Below, in pieces: positions 45,684-54,830 of a DNA stretch of 64,000 nucleotides. Below the pieces are notes generated by a model, which made no database searches, had not been told where the DNA came from, and saw only the letters and a list, made by a program, of their open reading frames with translations. The first letter of the stretch is position 1; each line of letters opens with the position of its first letter. The position numbers and the translations under genes were made by a program. Location of the stretch: positions 310,001 through 374,000 of the IMG/VR virus record IMGVR_UViG_3300036766_002289, one strand, 5' to 3'.

Positions 45684-46682
45684 ATGTTCAAAATAAAAAA
45701 GCCACCTAAAAACGATGGCAAAATGTCTATAAAAGAATTCTACGGGAAAAGAAATAAAGTCTTGTTGATTAGAAATGCAAGAGGTATAGGAGATATTCTC
45801 AACTGTAGAATGCTATTCAAAGCTTTCAAAGACATGATGCCAGAAGTATATCTGGTATTCGCGTGCTTCAAAGAGTATAAAAGCCTAGTACAGGATCATC
45901 CTTATATAGATGAAGTTGTTGATGTAAGAACTGTAGTAAAAGAAGACTACCTAATATCTTATGACATAAGCACTTGCTGCATATATCATGAGTCTCTGAA
46001 AGCAACCAAAAACGAGACACATAGAGCAGATATTTGGGCTGAACACTGTGGTTTAACTATTGAAGAACATGACATGTTTTTACCATATATAGACCCAGAA
46101 ATACTCTCATGTGGACATATCAGAATACAACAACTTAAAAAAACTAGTTTATCAAGCAATAGGCATGGCCCTACTGTGCTGCTATGTACTAAGGCACATG
46201 ACGTGCAAAGGTCGCTTACGCAAAGCCAAACTGTAGCTTTAGTAGAAATATTGAGACGAAAAGGTTTATTTGTATATTCGACTCACATCTCAGATTTACC
46301 ATTACTCGAAAGCTTGGGAGTACCAGTTTTAAAAGATGCATCTCTTGAAGAATGGATGAGTTACATTCATGCTGCGGACTATGTTGTTACGGTTGATACG
46401 GGGACTTTTCATTATGCGGGCGGAATTAAGAAACCATTAATGGGTATTTTTACTCACGTAGACGGCAAATTAAGAGGTAAATATTATGATTTTGTCCTAG
46501 TACAAAAGCATAGAGATAATGGTAATTGGCCATGTGGTCCATGCTATACTTTCATCAATTGCACCAATCCAAGGTGTAAAGACCCCAACTCTCTACATGA
46601 GTTAAAACCCTGCTTGACTGAGATAACTGTGGAAGAAATGGAAAAAGGAGTAGATAAAATGTTGCAAGTATGGCCTATATAA
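45684..46682 (+). CDS. GT9 (heptosyltransferase-like) glycosyltransferase
   Basis: RGIGDIL, HPYIDEV, ADYVVTVDTGTFHYAG. Confidence 0.85.
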   Translation: MFKIKKPPKNDGKMSIKEFYGKRNKVLLIRNARGIGDILNCRMLFKAFKDMMPEVYLVFACFKEYKSLVQDHPYIDEVVDVRTVVKEDYLISYDISTCCIYHESLKATKNETHRADIWAEHCGLTIEEHDMFLPYIDPEILSCGHIRIQQLKKTSLSSNRHGPTVLLCTKAHDVQRSLTQSQTVALVEILRRKGLFVYSTHISDLPLLESLGVPVLKDASLEEWMSYIHAADYVVTVDTGTFHYAGGIKKPLMGIFTHVDGKLRGKYYDFVLVQKHRDNGNWPCGPCYTFINCTNPRCKDPNSLHELKPCLTEITVEEMEKGVDKMLQVWPI

Positions 46683-46686
46683 GGAG

Positions 46687-46905
46687 ATGGGAAGTTTAAT
46701 AACACCAACAAAGATAAATGTAATCACCAAAGAAGGTGAGTGTAAATTACATATTGTTATAGATTTAAACATAAATCTAAACACGACCAATGTTAGTATC
46801 AATTCAAGGCAAGCTGCTACTCCAGAGGTTCAGGAAGAAAAAACAACATGGGAAATTCCATCATTTAAATCTGTGGAAAAGGTGAAATTCGGAAATAAGG
46901 AGTAA
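46687..46905 (+). CDS. Hypothetical protein
   Basis: ORF in operon. Confidence 0.65.
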   Translation: MGSLITPTKINVITKEGECKLHIVIDLNINLNTTNVSINSRQAATPEVQEEKTTWEIPSFKSVEKVKFGNKE

Positions 46906-46907
46906 TT

Positions 46908-47924
46908 ATGCCAATCGGTGCAGATATAGGTACCTACAATCTTGTAATGTGTACTAGAAATAAAGACGGCGGTTATATTTATGACCGAGAAGTAAACGCA
47001 TTCCTTGAAATAGCACTAGAAGACCGCATGGTTCTAGAAATGATGCGCACTTGCGACGACCCCGTACCCGTTATAGAAAGAGCAACCAAAGCTTACGCTC
47101 TTGGAGAAAAAGCGGTTCGTATGGCTTATACGTTATCACAACTTGAACTTAAAAGACCTATGAAAGATGGTTGTGTCAATCCAAAAGAAAAAGATGCCTA
47201 TGAAGTCATGAATATGATGTTACACAGTCTTCTTGAAGGTAATGTCAAAACCGATAAAGATGTTATTTACTATAGTGTTCCTGCAAATGCTTTGAATGAA
47301 GAAACAGACGCTGATTATCATTCTAAAATGTTGGCATCTATGTTGGAAGCATATAAGTCAGATGAAGGATTTACAGTAACACCATTTCCTATTAATGAAG
47401 GATTAGCCCTTGTTTACGCAGAACTTAAATCTAACAACTATACTGGTATCGGGATAAGTTTCGGTGCTGGAATGGTCAATTTATGCTTTGCAATGTTCGG
47501 TGTTCCTGTATTTCAGTTTGCACTAGTAAATTCAGGAGACTGGATAGATAAAATGGCCGCGAAAGCAACTGGAGAAGGTATAACTTTTATTAACCAAGAA
47601 AAAACCAAGATGAATTTGTCAAAAGAACCAAAAGACTTGGTAGAACGTGCAATACAAACTCAATACAAAATAATGATAGAAAAAACAGTAAATGGAATCA
47701 AAAAGGGGTTAGGAGAAAGTGGCAAAAAGGCGCGCTCAGACAAGCCTATTGACATAGTGATTGCAGGCGGCACATCAATTCCTATTGGATTCGATGTACT
47801 TTTCAGAGATGTAGTCCAGCAAGCAAACTTGCCTATTAGTGTTGGGTCTATAGTAAGGCCCAATGACCCGCTATACAGTGTGAGTCGTGGCTGTTTAATA
47901 GCAGCTGAAAACTCATTGAAATAA
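46908..47924 (+). CDS. Actin-like ATPase (MreB/ParM superfamily)
   Basis: IGADIGT, INEGLA, ISFGAGMVN, IAGGTS. Confidence 0.8.
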   Translation: MPIGADIGTYNLVMCTRNKDGGYIYDREVNAFLEIALEDRMVLEMMRTCDDPVPVIERATKAYALGEKAVRMAYTLSQLELKRPMKDGCVNPKEKDAYEVMNMMLHSLLEGNVKTDKDVIYYSVPANALNEETDADYHSKMLASMLEAYKSDEGFTVTPFPINEGLALVYAELKSNNYTGIGISFGAGMVNLCFAMFGVPVFQFALVNSGDWIDKMAAKATGEGITFINQEKTKMNLSKEPKDLVERAIQTQYKIMIEKTVNGIKKGLGESGKKARSDKPIDIVIAGGTSIPIGFDVLFRDVVQQANLPISVGSIVRPNDPLYSVSRGCLIAAENSLK

Positions 47925-47951
47925 GTATTTTGTTAATTAGAAAGGACAAAA

Positions 47952-48704
47952 ATGTTTAATGATGGATTGGAACAGGAAGCCCCTGAAGTAGTTGTTTTAT
48001 ACGGACAAAGTGTTGAAGAAGTAAAAGAACTTCTTAAAGATGATAGGTTGTATGCTAATAAGAAAAAAGATGATTTGAAATACATTAAATCCTTCATAAA
48101 AGAAGAAGAGACTAAGAAGGCTTATAAGCCTTGTGAATCCTTTGTGGAAGATATGTCTCCCTCAATTCGGCCAGATAAAACTCGATCAGATGATAAAATT
48201 GACCCAATTCGGCCAGATTACATAAGTGAATCTTTTATGCAAAAAGAGGTAAATCAAGCTAAGGAATGCATCGCCAAAGCGGCTAAGGCTAAATTAATGT
48301 TTGAGGACGCACCGAACGTAGACGAAAGCTTTGTGAACCTTGAGAGATTAAGAAAGACAGAGATTAAAAAGGATTTTACTCTTTTCAATACCTGGCGAAG
48401 ATTAGCCAGCGTCGGAGAAACCTGCATTGACGAACATAATTGTTTGCCAGATGATTTAAGCCCAACTCAGGAACTCATGGATTATATGATCCACAAAATC
48501 AATAAAGAGTTTCCTGATCTGAAGGCAGTTTGGGAAGAAGGCAGATGGAACCCATGCTTGTTAATTAATGGATGTATGACTCATATATCCATGTCTAAAT
48601 TAACTTTTGCCTATAATGGTTTAAAAAACGTTGTAGACGATTTAAACGCACAAAAGATAATCTGCGATATTATTTTGAAAAAGCTTGAAGTGTTATTCGT
48701 TTAA
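47952..48704 (+). CDS. Hypothetical protein
   Basis: AAGGA RBS. Confidence 0.7.
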   Translation: MFNDGLEQEAPEVVVLYGQSVEEVKELLKDDRLYANKKKDDLKYIKSFIKEEETKKAYKPCESFVEDMSPSIRPDKTRSDDKIDPIRPDYISESFMQKEVNQAKECIAKAAKAKLMFEDAPNVDESFVNLERLRKTEIKKDFTLFNTWRRLASVGETCIDEHNCLPDDLSPTQELMDYMIHKINKEFPDLKAVWEEGRWNPCLLINGCMTHISMSKLTFAYNGLKNVVDDLNAQKIICDIILKKLEVLFV

Positions 48705-48718
48705 TATAAGTTATTTAA

Positions 48719-48748
48719 GCACTTAGGGTTAGCAATAGCCCTAAGTGC
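48719..48748. other. Strong intergenic hairpin with GCAA tetraloop
   Basis: GCACTTAGGGTTA-GCAA-TAGCCCTAAGTGC; no U tract. Confidence 0.65.
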
Positions 48749-48769
48749 GTATCGAATGAAAGGAATAGA

Positions 48770-49000
48770 ATGATAAAATATGTGAATGACCTTGGTGCCG
48801 CTGCTTACATTATGATGCATAAGTATAAAGTATTAGGCAAGAAAGGGAAGGCTGTTTGTTTTGAAATAGAAGATAAACAGGAAGAAATGGAAGAATTCGA
48901 AAAGCTTTACAGGGATTACCTGAATAGTGAGTTCCATCGTTTTGATTCATGCTTAATGTCTTTGAAGAAAATTAATGAAATAGCGCAGGATTACAACTAA
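48770..49000 (+). CDS. Hypothetical small protein
   Basis: AAGGA RBS; DLGAAAYIMM. Confidence 0.75.
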   Translation: MIKYVNDLGAAAYIMMHKYKVLGKKGKAVCFEIEDKQEEMEEFEKLYRDYLNSEFHRFDSCLMSLKKINEIAQDYN

Positions 49001-49008
49001 ATAGTTGT

Positions 49009-50730
49009 ATGGATATCTGGACAAAGATAAAGCAAAACATATACGCAGAGAAGTTGAATGAGGTAGACAACTTGTTTGACTCTTTGAAGTCTCGTTCCTC
49101 TTGGAGTGCCAACCTACAATCTTGGGCTTATAAGCAAAGAACTGACAAATACGAATCTCTAGGTTTAAGTCTATCAGAATATAATGAAGTAAAGACCAAT
49201 TTCAAAGAACTTAATGAAGGCAGAGAAGAGTTCAAAAGATACTACAAAATTCTATTAGACCAAAAAGAAGAAAATTTAAAACTAGAAGTAGTTGCAGAAT
49301 TAGTGGAAGATAAAAAGGTTCCACTAGACATATTTACGGAATGGTACCTAGAAAATAAGCATTTGGACCCACAACAATTCCAGGAAACTCTTGGGGAATT
49401 CTGGGGTGATGTTTGGAAAGGTGCCAAACGTGGTGCAGCGGCAGGCGCTTTAGGTGGTGCAGCAGCTGGCACTTTAGGCGGCGCAGCTGGAACCTTTGCT
49501 GGTGCTGGTATAGGTGGCTTGGCGGGTGGTATAGGTGGCGGAATTTATGGCGCAGGAAAGCATATTTTTGGCTCAAAAGATAACTCAGACGGAAATTATG
49601 ATGGGGGTGGTAGTTGGAGGGGTGCAGGTAAACATCTTTTAAATAAAGTTTGGGATTGGCGTAAGAATCATGTTGAATTTGAAAAGACTAAAAAAGAAGC
49701 ATATGAAATACTTAAAAAGTTGAAATTACATGCGGACAAATTTGAATTAGACCCTAACTTTGTTCAATTATTAGACACCATGCTTCAAAAACTTGGTGGA
49801 GTTAAAGCATATAAACTTAAGCAGCCTGAGCAACCTGCCCAACAAGTTCAACAGTCTACACAAGCTCAGCCTACTGCTCAGGAACCGCAAACCACGGGCA
49901 ATAGTTTCCAAGTGTCAGCACCAACTGGCGGAACTCAATCGGTAGCTTCGCCACCTACTAATATAATGCATCAAGGTAATACAGGAACCATTCCAGGCTC
50001 TCATATAGCAGATGTTGGCACAGGAGTAGGAATGCATGATCTGCCTGGTGGTGGTAAGCCAGAAAGAAAAAAAAGAAATAAGAAACCTTTAGAGACCGAA
50101 CCACAACCAACTGCTGTTGATATAGAGGAAGAAAAGCCAATAAATTCCAAAGAAGACGTAATTGCTTACCTCCATAAGCCTGGTCTAGATGAGAAGGAAC
50201 TAAATAATAGACTAGTTAAGCTTGGCTTAGCTTTAAACATAATTGGCGATCCTGATGACTACAAAGATATAGATTTTGAATTATTAAGACACGGATTGAT
50301 GCATGATGTTTCTAACATACCGAATGAAGAAAAAGAGCATTATCGAGAAAAAGCGTTGGCCTATCAGAATTATTTGGCGAAGAGTAGTGCAGTTCCAGCT
50401 GAGCCTGAAAATAAACCTATACCAAATCAGCCTGCAAAACAATATGTTGCGGAAGAAGACCCTGCAAGTATGCCTAAGCCAAAATTTAAAGAATATCTAA
50501 AAAGCAAAGGTATGTGGCAGGATGACATGCTTAGTCATATAGGTGGAAGTGGAAGTGATAAGAGATTACAATTTATTGCTGACAACGGGGTTACGGAGTC
50601 CTTGGTAAACAAATACAAAGCTCTCCTTAAACAGGATGCTAGACCAGTATTTGTAGAACATAAAATTGGTTCTTTAACTTTCCAGGATAGAATCCATTTT
50701 TATAAGGAAGCATTAAGGGGTAGGCTTTAA
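49009..50730 (+). CDS. Protein with glycine-zipper segment
   Basis: GAAAGALGGAAAGTLGGAAGTFAGAGIGGLAGGIGGGIYG. Confidence 0.75.
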   Translation: MDIWTKIKQNIYAEKLNEVDNLFDSLKSRSSWSANLQSWAYKQRTDKYESLGLSLSEYNEVKTNFKELNEGREEFKRYYKILLDQKEENLKLEVVAELVEDKKVPLDIFTEWYLENKHLDPQQFQETLGEFWGDVWKGAKRGAAAGALGGAAAGTLGGAAGTFAGAGIGGLAGGIGGGIYGAGKHIFGSKDNSDGNYDGGGSWRGAGKHLLNKVWDWRKNHVEFEKTKKEAYEILKKLKLHADKFELDPNFVQLLDTMLQKLGGVKAYKLKQPEQPAQQVQQSTQAQPTAQEPQTTGNSFQVSAPTGGTQSVASPPTNIMHQGNTGTIPGSHIADVGTGVGMHDLPGGGKPERKKRNKKPLETEPQPTAVDIEEEKPINSKEDVIAYLHKPGLDEKELNNRLVKLGLALNIIGDPDDYKDIDFELLRHGLMHDVSNIPNEEKEHYREKALAYQNYLAKSSAVPAEPENKPIPNQPAKQYVAEEDPASMPKPKFKEYLKSKGMWQDDMLSHIGGSGSDKRLQFIADNGVTESLVNKYKALLKQDARPVFVEHKIGSLTFQDRIHFYKEALRGRL

Positions 50731-51096
50731 CATAGCTTCTTTAGCTTGTTTGGCTATTTCAGCCAGCGCCGTTGGGTTAATGAAAGTTGCCCCAGGTGAA
50801 AGTGTTCTTTTAGCAGATGTAATCGGCTTTTCTTTACGATATTCATCTATAATTTTTTTCTGCTCAGGATTATCTTCAAAAAGAACTTGTTCTTCTGAAA
50901 TAGAAACTACGTATGGGAAAAGAATGTAATTTTTACATTTGGTAAGTGGATGGTGCATTAGAATACCGTGGTCATCAATTTCTTCTATGATGCCCGAGAA
51001 ATAATCCAACATTTGTTCCACATTGTATCTAAAATTAATCTGAATAGTGGTAATAGTGCAGACTTTGCCAACAAAATACTTCAAATATTCTTTCAT
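50713..51096 (-). CDS. Hypothetical protein (possible Sm-like fold)
   Basis: FVGKVCTI...GIIEEID..GI. Confidence 0.65.
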   Translation of the reverse strand: MKEYLKYFVGKVCTITTIQINFRYNVEQMLDYFSGIIEEIDDHGILMHHPLTKCKNYILFPYVVSISEEQVLFEDNPEQKKIIDEYRKEKPITSAKRTLSPGATFINPTALAEIAKQAKEAMLKPTP

Positions 51097-51126
51097 ATTT
51101 TAATGATAGTAAGATAAATAATTATT

Positions 51127-51453
51127 ATGCCAGGAAAAGATAATAAAGCCTATAAAGGATGGAGAGGAACAATTAAAGCTGCTTTGGATCATCATCCAGA
51201 CAAATTTAGTAAAGAGGCTTGTAAGAAAAAAGGCACAGGCAAATTGTGTCCGTATGCAGTTTTCACAAAAAAGAAAGAAGAAGGCGACACACCCCATTAC
51301 AAAGAACAGCCCCACACTACGAGTGGAACTCCACATAAGAAGAAAGAATTTGCCGAATACGTCTCACAAAGAGATGCAGAAATGTTAGAAGAAGGTAAAA
51401 AGAAGAAAAAAATGTCAGTTTCTTCCTTGAATGCAACCTTTGATATACCTTAA
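51127..51453 (+). CDS. Lys-rich small protein
   Basis: TAAATA upstream; basic composition. Confidence 0.65.
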   Translation: MPGKDNKAYKGWRGTIKAALDHHPDKFSKEACKKKGTGKLCPYAVFTKKKEEGDTPHYKEQPHTTSGTPHKKKEFAEYVSQRDAEMLEEGKKKKKMSVSSLNATFDIP

Positions 51454-52451
51454 AGAAAAATATTAGTAAAATCATCAAACTGTTTTTCATTGGCAGTAAT
51501 ATAAGCCCTTATTATTTCTGATTTGAACATAACCAGCATTTTATTCCAATCCTTAATTCCTTGTGGTGGACGAACATAGGTTATATCTGATACTTGATTT
51601 GCCATTAAGTTATCTGCCATTGCTTTTACACCCTGTAAACCTGATGGGTCTTCATCTAATGCAAGACACACTTTATAGTCTCTAATTAGTTGTATCTGAT
51701 TTTCAGAAAGATATTTGCCGCCACACGCCATACCATTATAGCCACAAAAACATAGTGTTATTGCATCAAATTCACCTTCAGTAAGGTATATTTTAGAACT
51801 TTTAATTGGCCATTTTGGTGCAAAAATTACATCACCTTTACCAACACCAATAGTCTTATCTGGACCAAGATATCTCAATCCTTTGTTTGCGAGACTTCTA
51901 CCATTGAAATAAATGAGGTTCCCTTTTGGGTCATAATAAGGAATTATAATCCTATTTTTATAATCGCCTTCTGTGCAAATGTATAAACCAGTAGTAGACA
52001 ATTTTCTTGTTGCTAAATATCTTTCTGCTTCTAGTCGCGTAGCATTCCCTTTTGGCAAAAAGTCTATCATAAAACTTCCTATTGGAAGTCTCATTTTACT
52101 TAGGTCTAAACCATCAGACTCCACTATAAATTCTTTTTCTTTGAAAAACTCTTCTAACTTCTGCTCTAAATCACCTATCAGAGTTTGACCAGATAGAATT
52201 TCTTTAGCTTCATCATGTGAGCAATTGTCCACTATCATTACAAGACCAATAAGGGTTCCTTTCTTATCGGTCTTAAAGCAACGATAGCATCCATCCTGTC
52301 TATAATGTTTGCCACCTCTAGGTGAACACCAAAGATGTTGTCCTTCATCTTCCGTGAATACCGAATTGATCCTTACTTCATGACCTTTGACGATAACTTT
52401 GTCAAATTTGTCTTCACACCATCGCACAAAGCTTTCAAAATCAATAGCCAT
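51450..52451 (-). CDS. DNA primase (Toprim)
   Basis: RIIIPY..FNGR, LTEGEFDA, LALDED, KDWN. Confidence 0.88.
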   Translation of the reverse strand: MAIDFESFVRWCEDKFDKVIVKGHEVRINSVFTEDEGQHLWCSPRGGKHYRQDGCYRCFKTDKKGTLIGLVMIVDNCSHDEAKEILSGQTLIGDLEQKLEEFFKEKEFIVESDGLDLSKMRLPIGSFMIDFLPKGNATRLEAERYLATRKLSTTGLYICTEGDYKNRIIIPYYDPKGNLIYFNGRSLANKGLRYLGPDKTIGVGKGDVIFAPKWPIKSSKIYLTEGEFDAITLCFCGYNGMACGGKYLSENQIQLIRDYKVCLALDEDPSGLQGVKAMADNLMANQVSDITYVRPPQGIKDWNKMLVMFKSEIIRAYITANEKQFDDFTNIFL

Positions 52452-52452
52452 G

Positions 52453-53058
52453 CTATTTCCTAATAAAGAACTTCCAAACTTCTACCACATCTGGTCCAAA
52501 TAGTCCAGAAGGAACATCTACATAAGTTCTTAATTCCATGTAATTTGACCGACGATAGGACTTCATGTTTTCAATAGACTGAAAACTAATCAACCCGCCA
52601 ACCTCTTCTACTTGGTCTTGGTATTCTTTGCCATTGTAGTAAAATCCTGATACTAGACCGTTATTAATGTTATTGCACTCAAACATTTTGTCGTACAATT
52701 TGTATTTGTCATCAGTGTGAAGACAACATTCTGTAGAGAATAAACTCACAAAAGTATTTGGATAAAATCCATACTCATCTTTTATTTTATCACAGAGCAA
52801 TTTTCCATTCAGAATTTTATAATCTGCTGTAAATGTGGCTACATCATCGTAGCCTTGGGGTTCAACATCCATACCAACATATTTAAATTTAACCCCATAA
52901 TCAGAATATTCACACGTCCCACAGCCTAAATCAACCACGTACATGCGGCCTGACACAATGCTGCTAAATAGGTGAAACATCCTATTGTGGGCACTTCTTA
53001 CAATAGGTTCTTTAAGATACTTCAAGTATTTTTCGAAAAACTCTTGATTATAACTCAT
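52453..53058 (-). CDS. SAM-dependent methyltransferase
   Basis: VVDLGCG...YVGMD. Confidence 0.7.
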   Translation of the reverse strand: MSYNQEFFEKYLKYLKEPIVRSAHNRMFHLFSSIVSGRMYVVDLGCGTCEYSDYGVKFKYVGMDVEPQGYDDVATFTADYKILNGKLLCDKIKDEYGFYPNTFVSLFSTECCLHTDDKYKLYDKMFECNNINNGLVSGFYYNGKEYQDQVEEVGGLISFQSIENMKSYRRSNYMELRTYVDVPSGLFGPDVVEVWKFFIRK

Positions 53059-53113
53059 TTTTTCCTCTATCTTTTTCTTTTAGTTTCAGGATAATATCAC
53101 AAAAGGACTGATT

Positions 53114-53875
53114 ATGAAAATTAATTACATTAGTGTATCAAGGTTACAAACCTACCAAACTTGTCCGCAACAATATAAGTACAAATACCACTTGGAGTTA
53201 GCTCCATTAGGAGAAGAACCTCTTTACTTTGCTTATGGTTCAATTATACACAAAATTGCAGAAGAATACATAGTGAATAAGGGGGAAATGCCAATCAATG
53301 AAATCGCAAATGATGTATTAAGCGGTAAAATTGACCTTGGAAAAGATAAGAAAGTTCCAAAGTTAACTACAGAATACAAAAACAAAATGCCAGAGCATCT
53401 CAGAGCAATCAAGAAAATCAGCGATCAAATCGGCTATGAAGGTTTCACTGAATACGAATTTTTAGTTGATTTAGACCCACCAAATCAGAAGATGGCTAAA
53501 GGATTTATTGACCGCCTTATCCAAAAGGATGATAAATTCTGGATTTTAGATTACAAAACTACAAAAAAAGGTATGTGGCGTAAAAATGCCAAAACCATAT
53601 CCAATGATCTCCAATTAAGAACATATGCCAGAATAGTTCAAAGAGAATTTGGTGCTGAAGCACATAATATCAAAACTGGACTCTATTATCTAGAGGGCGC
53701 AGAGTTATTAGGTGCTTGTTTTACCGAACAATCATTGGAAAACGTAGAAATAGAGTTGATTAAGTACCACGATGAAATCAGTAATGCTGATCCTAATAAC
53801 GTTTTCGGTAATGTTGGTCCACATTGCTCAAGATGCGATTACAAGAAAGTTTGTCCATTTTACTCGGTGACGTAA
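53114..53875 (+). CDS. Cas4/RecB-like PD-(D/E)XK nuclease with 4-Cys cluster
   Basis: TCP, GSIIH, GFIDRL..DYKT, QLRTY, CSRCDYKKVCP. Confidence 0.88.
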   Translation: MKINYISVSRLQTYQTCPQQYKYKYHLELAPLGEEPLYFAYGSIIHKIAEEYIVNKGEMPINEIANDVLSGKIDLGKDKKVPKLTTEYKNKMPEHLRAIKKISDQIGYEGFTEYEFLVDLDPPNQKMAKGFIDRLIQKDDKFWILDYKTTKKGMWRKNAKTISNDLQLRTYARIVQREFGAEAHNIKTGLYYLEGAELLGACFTEQSLENVEIELIKYHDEISNADPNNVFGNVGPHCSRCDYKKVCPFYSVT

Positions 53876-54297
53876 TGAATTTAACACTAACAATATCCCA
53901 TAACATCTATTTGAATTCGGAGCAAAGATATGCACTACACATAGGTAAAGAAATTGAAGTCGTAGGCGTTAGCACACCAGTCTGGGTTTATAAAAAAACT
54001 TCCGAACCTGCTAATGAAATATTCTGTAAATATAAGATAACGCCTACAGATCACCAGTTATTTATAAAACACAATGCAAGAGGTTATGATATTTTTTTAC
54101 CAAAACATCAGCATAACCCCGATGAAAAAAGAAATAATCCTACGGTGATTAGCAATATTCTAGATTTCAAAGATGGTGGAGTGGAGTGGCTCGCATTCAG
54201 GCAATACAATGAAGTTAGAAAAAATAAGAGAGATATTATGATCGCTCAATTCATAGCAATAAAAGATATGGAAGAATTAATTCAAACCCTGTCATAA
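53875..54297 (+). CDS. Hypothetical protein
   Basis: TAATG coupling to upstream gene. Confidence 0.7.
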   Translation: MNLTLTISHNIYLNSEQRYALHIGKEIEVVGVSTPVWVYKKTSEPANEIFCKYKITPTDHQLFIKHNARGYDIFLPKHQHNPDEKRNNPTVISNILDFKDGGVEWLAFRQYNEVRKNKRDIMIAQFIAIKDMEELIQTLS

Positions 54298-54304
54298 ATA
54301 AAAT

Positions 54305-54471
54305 GTGGAATTAAATTTCAAAAAATGGCTGGAATCTATATTTGGCCAACCAGTTGATGAGCCAGAACCTGCGTCGGAAACGCCCAGAAAACTAAATAAC
54401 GGGGCGTTTCCGACGTATGATCTTACGCCGTTGCCAGGCAATAAAAAAGCTATGAAGAAGCAAAAGAAATC

Positions 54472-54475
<4 letters not shown>
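54305..54475 (+). CDS. Small protein (56 aa) with capsid-targeting-like N-terminus
   Basis: TAAATA 54295-54300 then GTG; MELNFKKWLES...KKQKKS. Confidence 0.6.
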
Positions 54476-54783
<308 letters not shown>

Positions 54784-54830
54784 GGTAATGCTCCTAAATC
54801 AAGCTTACTCTAGTAAAAAAATTGGAAAAT

